Origin: Candidatus Pullichristensenella excrementigallinarum
GTDB taxonomy: Bacteria; Bacillota; Clostridia; Christensenellales; Aristaeellaceae
Direction of reading: 5' to 3'
DNA: 57,502 nt
NCBI GenBank assembly: GCA_018714825.1
Contig: DVMU01000205.1
Span: forward strand, 1-57,502
Shown: positions 9,573 through 19,447 of the stretch, in pieces
Position numbering within the stretch: position 1 is the first letter of the stretch
Layout: the number at the start of each line of letters is the position of its first letter
Made by a program: the position numbers and the translations under genes
Notes under the pieces: generated by a model
What the model saw: only the letters and a program-made list of their open reading frames with translations
The model's database searches: none
Told to the model about the DNA's origin: nothing

Positions 9573-11921
9573 ATGCAAGATCGCAACCTGCGCGTATTGG
9601 AATTTCCGAAAATCCGCGCCATGCTCTCCAAATACGCGATTTCTTCCCTGGGACGCGAGGCCGCGAACGCGCTCGCGCCTGCAAGCGACTTTGCCGCCGT
9701 CCAAACGCTGCAAAATCAAACGGAAGAAGCTCTCAGCGCGTTTGCCTGGCACGGCGGTTCTCCCATGACCTATTTCCCGGATGTCCGGGAATATCTGCAA
9801 TTGTGCAAGGTCGGCGCGGTGCTTTCCATGAAGGCGCTTTTGCAAATCGGCGAAATGCTGCGCGCCTCGAGAACCCTTCGTTCCGCGCTGGTCGCGCATG
9901 GAGAGGAGACGCCGCTTTTGAGCGAAATGGCTTCTTCTCTCTCCACCAATCGGGGGCTGGAAGAGGAAATCTTCAACGCCATCCTCTCCGAGGACGAGAT
10001 GGCCGATCGCGCCAGCCCGGAACTGTATGACATCCGCCGCCACATCCGCCTTCTCAACGACCGGGTGCGCGAAAAGCTCAACGCGATTTTGCGCTCCTCC
10101 AGTATGCAGAAGTATTTGCAGGATGCCATCATCACCATGCGCAACGGGCGCTATGTGGTTCCGGTGCGCGCGGACAGTCGGCAATTTGTTCCGGGATTGA
10201 TTCACGATCAGTCCGCCAGCGGATCGACCCTGTTTATCGAGCCTGCAAGCGTGGTGGAAATCGGAAACGACCTCAAGCAGTGGAATCTCAAGGAGCGTCA
10301 GGAGATTGATCGCATCCTGCGTGATTTTTCCGATCGCGTGGCGCCGGACGCGGAACTGTACCGGCACAACCTGCAGATCCTGAGCCAATTGGATATGATC
10401 TTCGCTCGCGCGCTGCTCGCCCGCGAGATGAAGGCCGTCATGCCCAAGCTCAACCAGGAGGGGCGCATTCGCCTGATCGAGGCGCGCCATCCCCTGATCG
10501 ATCCGGAAAAAGTGGTCCCCTCCAATCTGTGGATGGGAGAGGAATTTACCGAACTGGTCATTACCGGGCCAAACACCGGCGGCAAGACCGTCACGCTCAA
10601 GACCGTGGGTTTGCTCACGCTCATGGCGCAGTCCGGCTTGCAGATCCCGGCCGCCTTCGGATCGGAGCTTTCGGTCTTTGACGAGGTCTTCGCAGATATC
10701 GGCGACGAGCAATCCATCGAGCAATCGCTTTCCACCTTTTCCTCGCATATGACCAACATCGTGGGAATCCTTCAAAACGTCACGCCGCAATCCCTGGCCC
10801 TGTTTGACGAATTGGGCGCGGGCACGGACCCCACGGAAGGCGCGGCGCTGGCCATGTCCATTTTGGAACACCTGCTCAAGCGCCGGGTTATCACGCTGGC
10901 AACCACGCATTACAGCGAATTGAAGGCCTTTGCCCTCTCCACGCCCGGGGTGGAGAATGCTTCGGTGGAATTCGATGTGGAAACCCTGCGCCCCACTTAC
11001 AGGCTGCTCATCGGCGTGCCCGGCAAATCCAATGCCTTTGAAATCTCGAAAAAGCTCGGCCTTCCGGAGTTTTTGATCGAGGATGCCGCGCAGCGCCTGA
11101 GCAAGGATCAAATCCGCTTCGAAGACGTGATCGCCAACGCCGAATATCATCGGCAGATCGCGGAAAAGGAGCGCGTGCTTGCCGAAGAGGCGCATCGGGA
11201 CACCCAGCGCATCCGTCAGCAGGCGGAAAAGCTGCAAAAGGAGTTGGAGGCCCGCCGCGAGGCGGAATTGAAAAAGGCGCGGGACGAGGCCAAGCGCATT
11301 CTCCAAAAGGCGCAGCGCGAAAGCGAACAGGTCATCGCGGAATTGAAGAAAAAGAACGCGGGCAACCTCAAGGAGCATGAGCTGCACAATCTCCGCGCCC
11401 AGTTGCAGGACGCAATCGATCAGAATTCCGAGCGGCTGTCTCTCGGCCAGGCTTCCGGCGATGCTCCGCCCGAGAGCCTCAAGCCCGGGGATCAGGTGCT
11501 TCTGACTACGCTCAATACCCGCGCCGAAGTGCTTGCCGCTCCGGACAGCAAGGGGGAAGTGCGCGTGCAGGCAGGTTCCATGAAATTGAAGGTGCGCGTG
11601 CAGGATACCCGTCTGTTGCCTCCGGAAAAGCCGAAGAAAAAATTCGGCGGCGGAACGGTTTCCATTTCTCCGCGCGTGGTGGAGACGGAATGCGACGTGC
11701 GCGGGATGACCCTGGAGGATGCAATCCTCAGCGTGGACATGTTCCTGGACGGGGCGGTCCTCAACCGCCTCAAGCTCGTCAGCATCATTCACGGCAAGGG
11801 CACGGGCGTCTTGCGCGCGGGCATTCAGAAGCATCTGAAAAAGCATCCCGCCGTCGAAGAATTCCGCCTGGGCCGTTATGGGGAAGGCGAGGACGGCGTG
11901 ACGGTGGTTACGTTGAAATAA
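9573..11921 (+). CDS. mutS2: endonuclease MutS2 (MutS ATPase + C-terminal Smr domain)
   Basis: 782 aa. Walker A ITGPNTGGKT and DELGAGTDPTEG are present, with a long coiled-coil linker. The C-terminal Smr domain has DVRGMTLEDA and IIHGKGTGVLR. Confidence 0.93.
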   Translation: MQDRNLRVLEFPKIRAMLSKYAISSLGREAANALAPASDFAAVQTLQNQTEEALSAFAWHGGSPMTYFPDVREYLQLCKVGAVLSMKALLQIGEMLRASRTLRSALVAHGEETPLLSEMASSLSTNRGLEEEIFNAILSEDEMADRASPELYDIRRHIRLLNDRVREKLNAILRSSSMQKYLQDAIITMRNGRYVVPVRADSRQFVPGLIHDQSASGSTLFIEPASVVEIGNDLKQWNLKERQEIDRILRDFSDRVAPDAELYRHNLQILSQLDMIFARALLAREMKAVMPKLNQEGRIRLIEARHPLIDPEKVVPSNLWMGEEFTELVITGPNTGGKTVTLKTVGLLTLMAQSGLQIPAAFGSELSVFDEVFADIGDEQSIEQSLSTFSSHMTNIVGILQNVTPQSLALFDELGAGTDPTEGAALAMSILEHLLKRRVITLATTHYSELKAFALSTPGVENASVEFDVETLRPTYRLLIGVPGKSNAFEISKKLGLPEFLIEDAAQRLSKDQIRFEDVIANAEYHRQIAEKERVLAEEAHRDTQRIRQQAEKLQKELEARREAELKKARDEAKRILQKAQRESEQVIAELKKKNAGNLKEHELHNLRAQLQDAIDQNSERLSLGQASGDAPPESLKPGDQVLLTTLNTRAEVLAAPDSKGEVRVQAGSMKLKVRVQDTRLLPPEKPKKKFGGGTVSISPRVVETECDVRGMTLEDAILSVDMFLDGAVLNRLKLVSIIHGKGTGVLRAGIQKHLKKHPAVEEFRLGRYGEGEDGVTVVTLK

Positions 11922-11993
11922 GAAATTCTCCGATATTTGTTCACAACCCGTTCATGAGCCCGGGGTACAATATTCTTGGAAGGGGGCGCTTGT

Positions 11994-12677
11994 ATGAAAT
12001 CGAAGATTCTGCTGGTGGACGATGATCCCAATATTCGGCAGCTGATCAACCTCTATTTGGAAAAAGAGGGATATGAAGTCATTATGGCCGACAGGGGCGA
12101 CGAGGCGTTAAAGCTCTTTCGCTCCACGCCGCCCAATCTCATCCTCCTGGACATCATGCTTCCGGGCATGGACGGCTGGCAAGTCTGCCGGGAGGTTCGC
12201 AAAATTTCCAACATTCCCATTATCATGCTCACCGCCAAGGATGAAACCTTCGACAAGGTTCTGGGGTTGGAATTGGGCGCGGACGATTACATGGTCAAGC
12301 CCATTGATATGAAGGAATTGGTGGCGCGCATCAAGGCGGTCATCCGGCGCTATCAGGTTACCGACGAACCCAGCAAGGAACTCGTCTTTCCGGGATTGAC
12401 GATCAACATCAGCCAGTACACCGTCTCCTACATGGGCAAGGAACTGGAAATGCCGCCCCGGGAAATCGAGCTTTTGTATTTTCTGGCCAGCCATCCGGGC
12501 ATGGTATTTACGCGCGAGCAATTGCTCGAACAGGTGTGGGGATATGATTTCTTCGGAGATTCGCGCACGGTGGACGTCCATGTCAAGCGCCTGCGCGAAA
12601 AACTGACCGGCAGCGAAAGCCTCGGCTGGCAAATCAAGACGGTTTGGGGCGTGGGGTATAAGTTCGAGGTGAAATAG
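11994..12677 (+). CDS. OmpR/PhoB-family response regulator
   Basis: Receiver domain MKSKILLVDDD..LILLDIMLPGMDG, with a winged-helix C-terminus TVDVHVKRLREKL..VWGVGYKF. ATG 11994 follows a G-rich RBS. Confidence 0.9.
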   Translation: MKSKILLVDDDPNIRQLINLYLEKEGYEVIMADRGDEALKLFRSTPPNLILLDIMLPGMDGWQVCREVRKISNIPIIMLTAKDETFDKVLGLELGADDYMVKPIDMKELVARIKAVIRRYQVTDEPSKELVFPGLTINISQYTVSYMGKELEMPPREIELLYFLASHPGMVFTREQLLEQVWGYDFFGDSRTVDVHVKRLREKLTGSESLGWQIKTVWGVGYKFEVK

Positions 12678-12678
12678 T

Positions 12679-14142
12679 TTGCGCGGAGGGATCTTCTGGA
12701 GAACGTTTCTGGCATTTTTGCTGATTACGGTGTTTACGGTTTTGCTCTTTACCGCAGTCCTTGCCACCAGTCTGCAAATCGATCGGCAGGAGTCCTATGA
12801 AGCCGAGGTGTTTTCACAGGCGCGCGAGGTGGCTGAATACATGTCCCGGCTCAACCTGCTCAGTTCGATCCGGGAAAATTCCACCATGCAATTCGTCATC
12901 CGCAGCAAACTGGCCGATATTCACGATCGCTACAATGCGGATGTGTGGATCGTCAGCTACGGTTCGAATTACAACTATGTGGAGTATCTGGACAGCAGTT
13001 GGAACACTTCGGAATACCTAACCAGCGAGGCTGTAAACGAGCAACTTCTGAAAATCAGCAGGGGAGAAGAAATCCGTGTAAAAGGCCTGTTCCCGGAACT
13101 GGGCAAGGAAATCGTGACCATCGGCGTTCCCTGGAAATACAGCGAAGGCCATGTCGTGGGCGCGGTGCTCCTGCATATTTCTACAGAGTCCTTGCAAGTT
13201 CATATCACGGACATGCTTCCTATGCTTCTGCTCGCGGGATTGGGTGTTTTGATCTTGGGCACACTTTTCTCCCTGGTATTGGCACGAAGTCAGATTCAAC
13301 CCCTCCGGGAGATCACTGACGCCGTCAACACCTTCGCCAAGGGAAAATTGGACCGGCGCGTAAATCTCCAATGCGGCGGCGAATTGCAGAAATTGGGGGA
13401 TTCCATCAATCAGATGGCCTTTGAGCTTTCCAATCTGGAAGAATCGCGCAAGAGCTTCGTGGCCAATGTTTCCCATGAACTGCGCAGTCCCCTGACCAGC
13501 ATCCGGGGATATGTGGAAGCCTTGCAGGATGGCACCATCGATCCGGCCGATCGCGCCAAGTACATGGGCGTGGTGCTTGACGAAACCAATCGTCTGACCG
13601 ATCTGGTGCGTGACCTTCTCGATCTCTCGCGCATGGATTCCGGAAAATTCCCCCTGCATTTGCAGCGGACGGATCTCAACGAACTCATTCGTCTGAGCGT
13701 TCTTTCCTTTGAAAAGCGCATTGAGGAAAAACAGATTGAAGTCGAAGTCACTTTAGACGACGATCCCCGCTTTGTCCGTGCGGATCCGGATCGCATTCGC
13801 CAGGTCATGACCAATCTCATCGACAACGCGTTGAAATTTTTGCCGGAAAAAGGGCGCCTTTCCGTCGGCGCGCGGCGCGAGGGGAAAAATATCCTCGTAT
13901 GGGTGGAAGACAACGGCCCCGGAATTTCCCCGGAAGATTTACCCTTCATCTTCGACCGTTTTTATAAGGCCGACAAGGCGCATACTTCCGGTATGGGAAC
14001 GGGATTGGGGCTTTCGATCGTCAAGCGCATCCTTGATCAGCACGACAGCCGGATCCAGGCGCGCTCTGAGGAAGGCAAAACCGTGTTTTCCTTCGCGTTG
14101 CGCGAAGATCGGGAGAACAAGGAAATTCCCGTGAATCGTTAA
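12679..14142 (+). CDS. sensor histidine kinase (two TM segments, extracytoplasmic loop, HAMP, HisKA, HATPase_c)
   Basis: H-box FVANVSHELRSPLTSIRGY, N-box NLIDNALKF, G-boxes VEDNGPGI and GTGLGLSIV. TTG start lies 2 nt after the regulator stop. Confidence 0.9.
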   Translation: MRGGIFWRTFLAFLLITVFTVLLFTAVLATSLQIDRQESYEAEVFSQAREVAEYMSRLNLLSSIRENSTMQFVIRSKLADIHDRYNADVWIVSYGSNYNYVEYLDSSWNTSEYLTSEAVNEQLLKISRGEEIRVKGLFPELGKEIVTIGVPWKYSEGHVVGAVLLHISTESLQVHITDMLPMLLLAGLGVLILGTLFSLVLARSQIQPLREITDAVNTFAKGKLDRRVNLQCGGELQKLGDSINQMAFELSNLEESRKSFVANVSHELRSPLTSIRGYVEALQDGTIDPADRAKYMGVVLDETNRLTDLVRDLLDLSRMDSGKFPLHLQRTDLNELIRLSVLSFEKRIEEKQIEVEVTLDDDPRFVRADPDRIRQVMTNLIDNALKFLPEKGRLSVGARREGKNILVWVEDNGPGISPEDLPFIFDRFYKADKAHTSGMGTGLGLSIVKRILDQHDSRIQARSEEGKTVFSFALREDRENKEIPVNR

Positions 14143-14213
14143 CAATTTATTCATTCGATTTCCGAAACCCGTTGCTATACTATACCCAGACCAAGGAAAG
14201 AGGTGCAAATACC

Positions 14214-15392
14214 ATGAAAAAGAATTCGGCATTCAAACGTATAAGTTTTATTCTCGCAATTGTTCTGTGTTTGGGAATCATCGGGACCGGCGTGGCGTAT
14301 CAGCGCACGCAACAGGCGGCTTCGGCGGAATCGGGAACCGTCGGCTATGACAGTATCTACTCCTCCACAAATCCCGTTCCCGAAATCGCGGCCAATGTCC
14401 GCCCCAGCGTTGTCCTGGTCACCACATATGTAGAGTCCTGGAACCGGCAGACCCGCCAGGTGGAATCGCAGGCGTACGGCTACGGCTCCGGCACCTACAT
14501 CCAGACGGATGAGGACGGCACCGGCGGATACATTCTGACCAACAACCACGTCATTGACGCGGGGGACGATACCAATACTTCCTATGAGATCGAATGGCTG
14601 GATGGTACGGTCATGGATGCGACTCTTGTCGGCGCAGATGACGGAACAGACATCGCTGTTCTCAAATTTGAGCAAAGCGCTCCCTCGGATGCAACCCCCG
14701 TTCCCATGGGTGATTCGGATCAGCTGCAAATCGGCGAACTGGCAATTGTCATCGGCAATCCCGGCAGCGGCGATGAAGTCCTCTTCGGTACGGTAACGGC
14801 CGGTATCATCTCCGGTTTGGAGCGTGAAGGCGTCTCCGCCTCCGGCAGCTTCACTCGCTCGGTTTCCGTTATCCAGGTAGACGCGGCCATCAATACCGGC
14901 AACTCGGGCGGCGCGCTGCTCAACTCCAAGGGCGAATTGATCGGCATCCCGACGCTGAAGATGATGTACAACTACTCCAGCATCTTCGAGGGCCTGGGCT
15001 TCTGCGTCCCGATCAACACCGTCAAGGATGTCATCAATCAGCTGATTGAAACCGGCAAGGTCGTGCGGCCGCGCATGGGCGTCACCGTCGCCGATTTCGA
15101 AAACGGCCCGGACGAGCCAATGCGCAACTATCCGCCGGCCGGCGTGCAGGTCATCTCTGTTGAGGAAGGTACCCCTGCTGAAGCTGCGGGCCTGCAGGCC
15201 AACGACATCATCACGGAAGTGGACGGCGAGAGGATCTATACCACCAGCGAGCTGATGGCGAGGATCGATGAATTGTCCGCGGGCGACACGATGGAGATCA
15301 AGGCCTACCGCTACTACGACGAGAACGGCAACAAGCTCGATGACTATCAGGAATTGAACCTGACCGTCGAGCTGCAGATCATCGACGAATAA
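14214..15392 (+). CDS. HtrA/DegP-type S1C serine protease with C-terminal PDZ domain
   Basis: N-terminal TM anchor. Catalytic contexts are TNNHVI (His), DIAVLK (Asp) and GNSGGAL (Ser). PDZ region is GVQVISVEEGTPAEAAGLQANDII. ATG 14214 follows GGAAAGAGGTG. Confidence 0.9.
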   Translation: MKKNSAFKRISFILAIVLCLGIIGTGVAYQRTQQAASAESGTVGYDSIYSSTNPVPEIAANVRPSVVLVTTYVESWNRQTRQVESQAYGYGSGTYIQTDEDGTGGYILTNNHVIDAGDDTNTSYEIEWLDGTVMDATLVGADDGTDIAVLKFEQSAPSDATPVPMGDSDQLQIGELAIVIGNPGSGDEVLFGTVTAGIISGLEREGVSASGSFTRSVSVIQVDAAINTGNSGGALLNSKGELIGIPTLKMMYNYSSIFEGLGFCVPINTVKDVINQLIETGKVVRPRMGVTVADFENGPDEPMRNYPPAGVQVISVEEGTPAEAAGLQANDIITEVDGERIYTTSELMARIDELSAGDTMEIKAYRYYDENGNKLDDYQELNLTVELQIIDE

Positions 15393-15439
15393 CTTCCTTT
15401 GCGGGGGCGTGGAAATCCATTCCGCGCCCTCGCATCTAT

Positions 15440-15487
15440 AAAAGGGCGATGCCGCAGAAATTGCAATTCTGCAGTATCGCCCTTTTG
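15440..15487. terminator. bidirectional terminator between convergent htrA and recN
   Basis: Outer stem AAAGGGCGAT / ATCGCCCTTT encloses inner hairpin GCAGAA/TTCTGC. A-run lies 5' and T-run 3'. Confidence 0.7.
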
Positions 15488-15506
15488 CATGAAATGGCCA
15501 TGCGCA

Positions 15507-17207
15507 TTATCCGTTTCGTTCTGCAAGCAGGCGTTTTCTCGCCTTCGCCTCTTCCAGCAGATTGCGCGCGTGTGCGAGCGCGCTTGCGCTCTCCTCCGCG
15601 CCACCGACAAGCCGGGCAATCTCCCGCACGCGGCCTTCTTCATCCAGCGCGCGCACATTGGAACCCGTTCGTCCCTCTGCCACCGTCTTCTCTACGACGA
15701 AATGCCGGTCGGCCAGCGCCGCAATCTGGGGCAGATGCGTCACACACAAGACCTGTCGCGAGGCGGCGATCTTCGCCATCTTCTCCCCCACGGCCTGCGC
15801 CATGCGTCCGGAAACGCCGGTATCGATCTCGTCGAACACCATCGAATCCACCCCGTATTCCTCCATGGATACGGCCTTGATCGCCAGCATCACGCGGGAA
15901 ATTTCGCCGCCGGAAGCAATGGCTGAAAGCGGCTTGAGCGCCTCTCCCGGATTGGGGGAAAGGAGAAACTCCACATCGTCTCCCCCTGTGGAAGTGATTT
16001 TTGCGGGCCGGATCGCGATCTCCAGGCGCGTCTTGCCCATGCCCAGATCCCGCAGATGCGAAAGAATGCCCGCCGCAAGCTTTTCGGAAAGGTCTTTTCG
16101 CGACTGCGTCAAGCGCGCGCAATCCGCCTTGAGACGCGCGTCCATGGCGCGCAGGCGCTTCTTTTTCTCCTCCAAACCGTCTTCTCCCGCCGCAAGCGCG
16201 CCGAGCCGCGCCTTTGCGTCGGCAAGATAATCGAGCACGTCCGAAAGCTCCGGCCCATATCGCTTTTCGAGGCGGCGGATCGTTTCCAAGCGATCGGCAA
16301 TGCGATCGGCCAGCGCGGGGTCATACTCCACCTCTTCGCGCAAATCGCCAAGTTCCCGTCCCAATTCCCGGACGGCAACGCGCGCCTCATCGACCCTCTC
16401 TCGAATTTCCCGATAGCGCGCGTCCAATTCCTCAATGCCCGCCATGGCCTTTGCAGCCAAGCTCAACGCCTCCTGCGCGTTGGAAGGCTGATCATAGATC
16501 AGGGCATAAGCAGTATCCAGCGCCTCCTGCACCCGTCCGGCGTTTTCCAAAAGCGCGTTCTTTTTTAAAAGCGCTTCCTCCTCGCCGGGCTTAAGGCGGG
16601 CCTCCTCAATCTCTTTAACCGCGCGCGTCAAATCCTCGATTTCCCGCTCGCGCGAAGCCGCGCCCGAAAGCGCCCGCTTGATCTCCCCCGCCAGCGCCAT
16701 GCGCTGCGCATATTGCTCCGCGACGCTCTGCAAAAGCTCCCTGTGCGCGCCGTCCCCAAAGGCATCCACAAAGCCCATGTGCCGCGCCGGGTCCATCAGC
16801 GCCTGGTGCTCGTGCTGCCCGTGAATATCCGCAAGCTGCGCCGTCAGGCGCTTGAGTTGCGCAAGCGGGACGAGCATCCCGTTCACCCTGCACACGTTGC
16901 GCCCGGAAGCGGTCAATTCGCGCAGCACCGTCACCAGACCGTCCTCGCATTCCAGGCCCATTTCCCCGAGCAGGGCCTTCGCGCGCGCATTCCCGGATAC
17001 GTCAAACAACGCCCGCACGCTCGCACGATCCGCTCCGGCGCGAATCAGTTCGCGATCTGCGCGCCCTCCCAGCGCCAAATTCAGGCTGTCCACCACAATC
17101 GATTTGCCCGCGCCCGTCTCTCCGGTCAGCACATTAAAGCCCGGCGAGAATTCCACGCTGAGCGCCTCAATCAGGGCGATATTATGAATGTCAATTTCCA
17201 GAAGCAC
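15507..17207 (-). CDS. recN: DNA repair protein RecN
   Basis: MLLEIDIHNIALIE..FNVLTGETGAGKSIVVDS (Walker A), a long coiled coil, and C-terminal SGGEISRVMLAIK..MVFDEIDTGVSG. Confidence 0.95.
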   Translation of the reverse strand: MLLEIDIHNIALIEALSVEFSPGFNVLTGETGAGKSIVVDSLNLALGGRADRELIRAGADRASVRALFDVSGNARAKALLGEMGLECEDGLVTVLRELTASGRNVCRVNGMLVPLAQLKRLTAQLADIHGQHEHQALMDPARHMGFVDAFGDGAHRELLQSVAEQYAQRMALAGEIKRALSGAASREREIEDLTRAVKEIEEARLKPGEEEALLKKNALLENAGRVQEALDTAYALIYDQPSNAQEALSLAAKAMAGIEELDARYREIRERVDEARVAVRELGRELGDLREEVEYDPALADRIADRLETIRRLEKRYGPELSDVLDYLADAKARLGALAAGEDGLEEKKKRLRAMDARLKADCARLTQSRKDLSEKLAAGILSHLRDLGMGKTRLEIAIRPAKITSTGGDDVEFLLSPNPGEALKPLSAIASGGEISRVMLAIKAVSMEEYGVDSMVFDEIDTGVSGRMAQAVGEKMAKIAASRQVLCVTHLPQIAALADRHFVVEKTVAEGRTGSNVRALDEEGRVREIARLVGGAEESASALAHARNLLEEAKARKRLLAERNG

Positions 17208-17244
17208 GGGCTTGCGACCTCTTATCCTTTGTTGCGGTTGTTGC

Positions 17245-17697
17245 CTATCTCTTGATCAGCGTGTGGAAGCGATTGACCACGCTTTCTACCGCCTCTTCCG
17301 AGCGCGCAATCACCAAAATCGTATTGTCCCCTGCGATGGTTCCCACGATTTCCGGCCATTTGAGCGAATCCACGGCTTCCCCGGCAGCATTTCCGCCGGC
17401 GTTGATGGTCTTGATGACAATCAAATTCGCGGCGCTGTCGATCGATTGCACGGACTCCGCCAAAATACGAATGTACCGCTCGCTCATGCCCTTTTCCGCG
17501 CGCTCCGCGGTCGCATATTTATACCCTCCGTTTTCCGAGAGCGCCTTGACCAGCCGAAGCTCCTTGATATCCCGGGAAACGGTTGCCTGCGTGACCTTGA
17601 CGCCGCGTGCCTTCAGCTCCGCGGCCAATTCTTCCTGCGTCTCAATATCCTTCTGCTCGATGATTTCCAATATCATATCATGGCGTACGCTCTTCAT
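17245..17697 (-). CDS. argR: arginine repressor ArgR/AhrC
   Basis: 150 aa. The winged-helix N-terminus has QEELAAELKARGVKVTQATVSRDIKEL. The C-terminal oligomerisation domain has GTIAGDNTILV. Confidence 0.92.
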   Translation of the reverse strand: MKSVRHDMILEIIEQKDIETQEELAAELKARGVKVTQATVSRDIKELRLVKALSENGGYKYATAERAEKGMSERYIRILAESVQSIDSAANLIVIKTINAGGNAAGEAVDSLKWPEIVGTIAGDNTILVIARSEEAVESVVNRFHTLIKR

Positions 17698-17725
17698 GGC
17701 GGGGCCTCCTGCTCTTATGATGGGT

Positions 17726-18568
17726 TCAGTGCGTCCATTGCGAAAGCTTTCTGCGCAAAAGATCGAAATAATTGCGTTGGTTCAAGCGCAAAAAGCGCGC
17801 TTTTTTCTCTGCTTTGACGATAGAAATTCCCGGGCGCCGAGCGCCGAGCGCCAGCGTCCGTCGTCCGTCCAATACGGCGTGTGTAGAAGAGGGATCCCCC
17901 AACACGCGCACCACAATGCGCGTGTCCGCCCCGGCGACCACCGGGCGCGCGTTCATGGTGTGTGGGCAAACCGGAGTGAGAACAAAGCAGTCCAGTCCCG
18001 GGGAAACAATCGGTCCGCCCGCAGACAACGAATAGGCGGTCGAACCCGTAGCCGTAGCCACGATCAGCCCATCGCCTGATATGCGGTCGATCACCACGCC
18101 GTCGATCTCCAATTCCAGCGAAAGAATTCCGATCGACTGGCCCCGCCGCATGATGGAGATCTCATTGAGCGCCACCATGCGATCCGCGTCTTCTCCCTCG
18201 ATCTGCAACAGCATCCGCTCTTCGAGCGTACCTTCCCCCATCAGGAGCCGATCCAGATCTCTCTCCAGATTTTCCGGCTCCACTTCGCTCAGAAAGCCGA
18301 GCCGTCCCAAATTGATTCCAAGCATCGGGAGATCCAGCGGAATGGCGATATCCATGGCGGAGAGCAATGTGCCGTCGCCCCCCAAAACCGCCAACAAATC
18401 ACATCCCGAAAAATCCCGCGCAGAGGCGCGACCAAGATGCGCGGCCAACGCCTTATCCAGCCGAACCGAAACTCCGCGCCGCTCAAGCGCCTCCGTCAGC
18501 CGTTTGGCAACGGCCAGCCCCCCGGCCTTCTCCGGATTCCAAAGAATGCCGACGCGCTGGATTTCCAC
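17726..18568 (-). CDS. nadK: NAD kinase
   Basis: GGDGTLLSA motif, plus NLGRLGFL and ATATGSTAYSLSAGGPIV. I prefer GTG 18568, 5 nt after GGGAGGGG. The ATG 18583 given in the ORF track lies inside that RBS. Confidence 0.9.
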   Translation of the reverse strand: MEIQRVGILWNPEKAGGLAVAKRLTEALERRGVSVRLDKALAAHLGRASARDFSGCDLLAVLGGDGTLLSAMDIAIPLDLPMLGINLGRLGFLSEVEPENLERDLDRLLMGEGTLEERMLLQIEGEDADRMVALNEISIMRRGQSIGILSLELEIDGVVIDRISGDGLIVATATGSTAYSLSAGGPIVSPGLDCFVLTPVCPHTMNARPVVAGADTRIVVRVLGDPSSTHAVLDGRRTLALGARRPGISIVKAEKKARFLRLNQRNYFDLLRRKLSQWTH

Positions 18569-18625
18569 ACAAACCCCTCCCATACTGCTTATTATGGTAT
18601 ATAAAATTTGCTCCGTTTACAAGAG

Positions 18626-19447
18626 CTATTGGGGCGATTTAATGAATTTGTCATAAGCTCGACGGATTGTTTGCGAAATTGCATTTTCATGCAAAACGAC
18701 CGGGCAATTTTCCGCCGGGCAAAGGTCCAACAAAAACTCGATATTGCCTTCCGGCCCGCGTATGGGAGAAAAATCCAAACCGCGCGCGGCCCAGCCTGTC
18801 CCGGGCACAAAATCCAATATGTCCCGCAGAACGGATTCATGCACCGCCGGATCGCGCACCACGCCCTTTTCTCCCACCTTTTCCCTGGGGGCTTCAAATT
18901 GCGGCTTAACCAGCGCCACAAACCGCCGATCCGCGCCTTCCAAAATCCCCAATGCCGCCGGCAACACGGCCTTGAGCGAAATAAAGGAAACGTCCGTCGC
19001 GCCAAAGGAGGGCCTTTCGGGAAAAAGCTCGGGGGTCAAAAAACGCGCGTTGGTTCTTTCCATCACCGATACGCGCGCATCCGAGCGCAACCGATAGTCC
19101 AGAAGATTGTAGCCCACGTCCACCGCATAGACCTTCTCAGCGCCCGCGCGCAGCATCACATCGGTAAATCCTCCCGTGGAAGAGCCGACATCCACGCATA
19201 TCCGCCCTTCCAGCGAAATTTCGAACGCCTCCAGCGCGCGCAACAGCTTGTGCGCACCCCGGCTGACATACCGATCCAACGCTCCCTTGACGCGCAGCGC
19301 GGCCTCGGGCGCGATCTTCTCTCCGGCACTCAAAATCTTTTTTTCTCCCGCAAATACGCGACCTTCCAAAATCAGCGCCCGCGCGAGCTGAAGGCTTTCC
19401 AGGCGCATCTCTTCCATCAGGCGCTCATCCGCGCGTCGTCCCTTCAT
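18626..19447 (-). CDS. tlyA: TlyA-family rRNA 2'-O-methyltransferase (hemolysin A-like)
   Basis: S4-like N-terminus (RADERLMEE..ALILEGRVF), YVSRGAHKL, and FtsJ-type SAM site VDVGSSTGGFTD. ATG 19447 overlaps the dxs stop (ATGA). Confidence 0.88.
   Translation of the reverse strand: MKGRRADERLMEEMRLESLQLARALILEGRVFAGEKKILSAGEKIAPEAALRVKGALDRYVSRGAHKLLRALEAFEISLEGRICVDVGSSTGGFTDVMLRAGAEKVYAVDVGYNLLDYRLRSDARVSVMERTNARFLTPELFPERPSFGATDVSFISLKAVLPAALGILEGADRRFVALVKPQFEAPREKVGEKGVVRDPAVHESVLRDILDFVPGTGWAARGLDFSPIRGPEGNIEFLLDLCPAENCPVVLHENAISQTIRRAYDKFIKSPQ

Noticed and set aside
7167-11846. A 1559-aa stop-free ORF on the minus strand spanning zapA, the U32 gene and mutS2.
   Set aside because: It is codon-aligned antisense to the plus-strand genes: the U32 gene, mutS2 and this ORF share codon phase. 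It stays open only because TTA, CTA and TCA codons are absent from these GC3-rich genes. The translation is Arg/Ala/Gly/Leu/His-rich with no motifs and no RBS. The plus-strand products have unmistakable U32 and MutS2 motifs.
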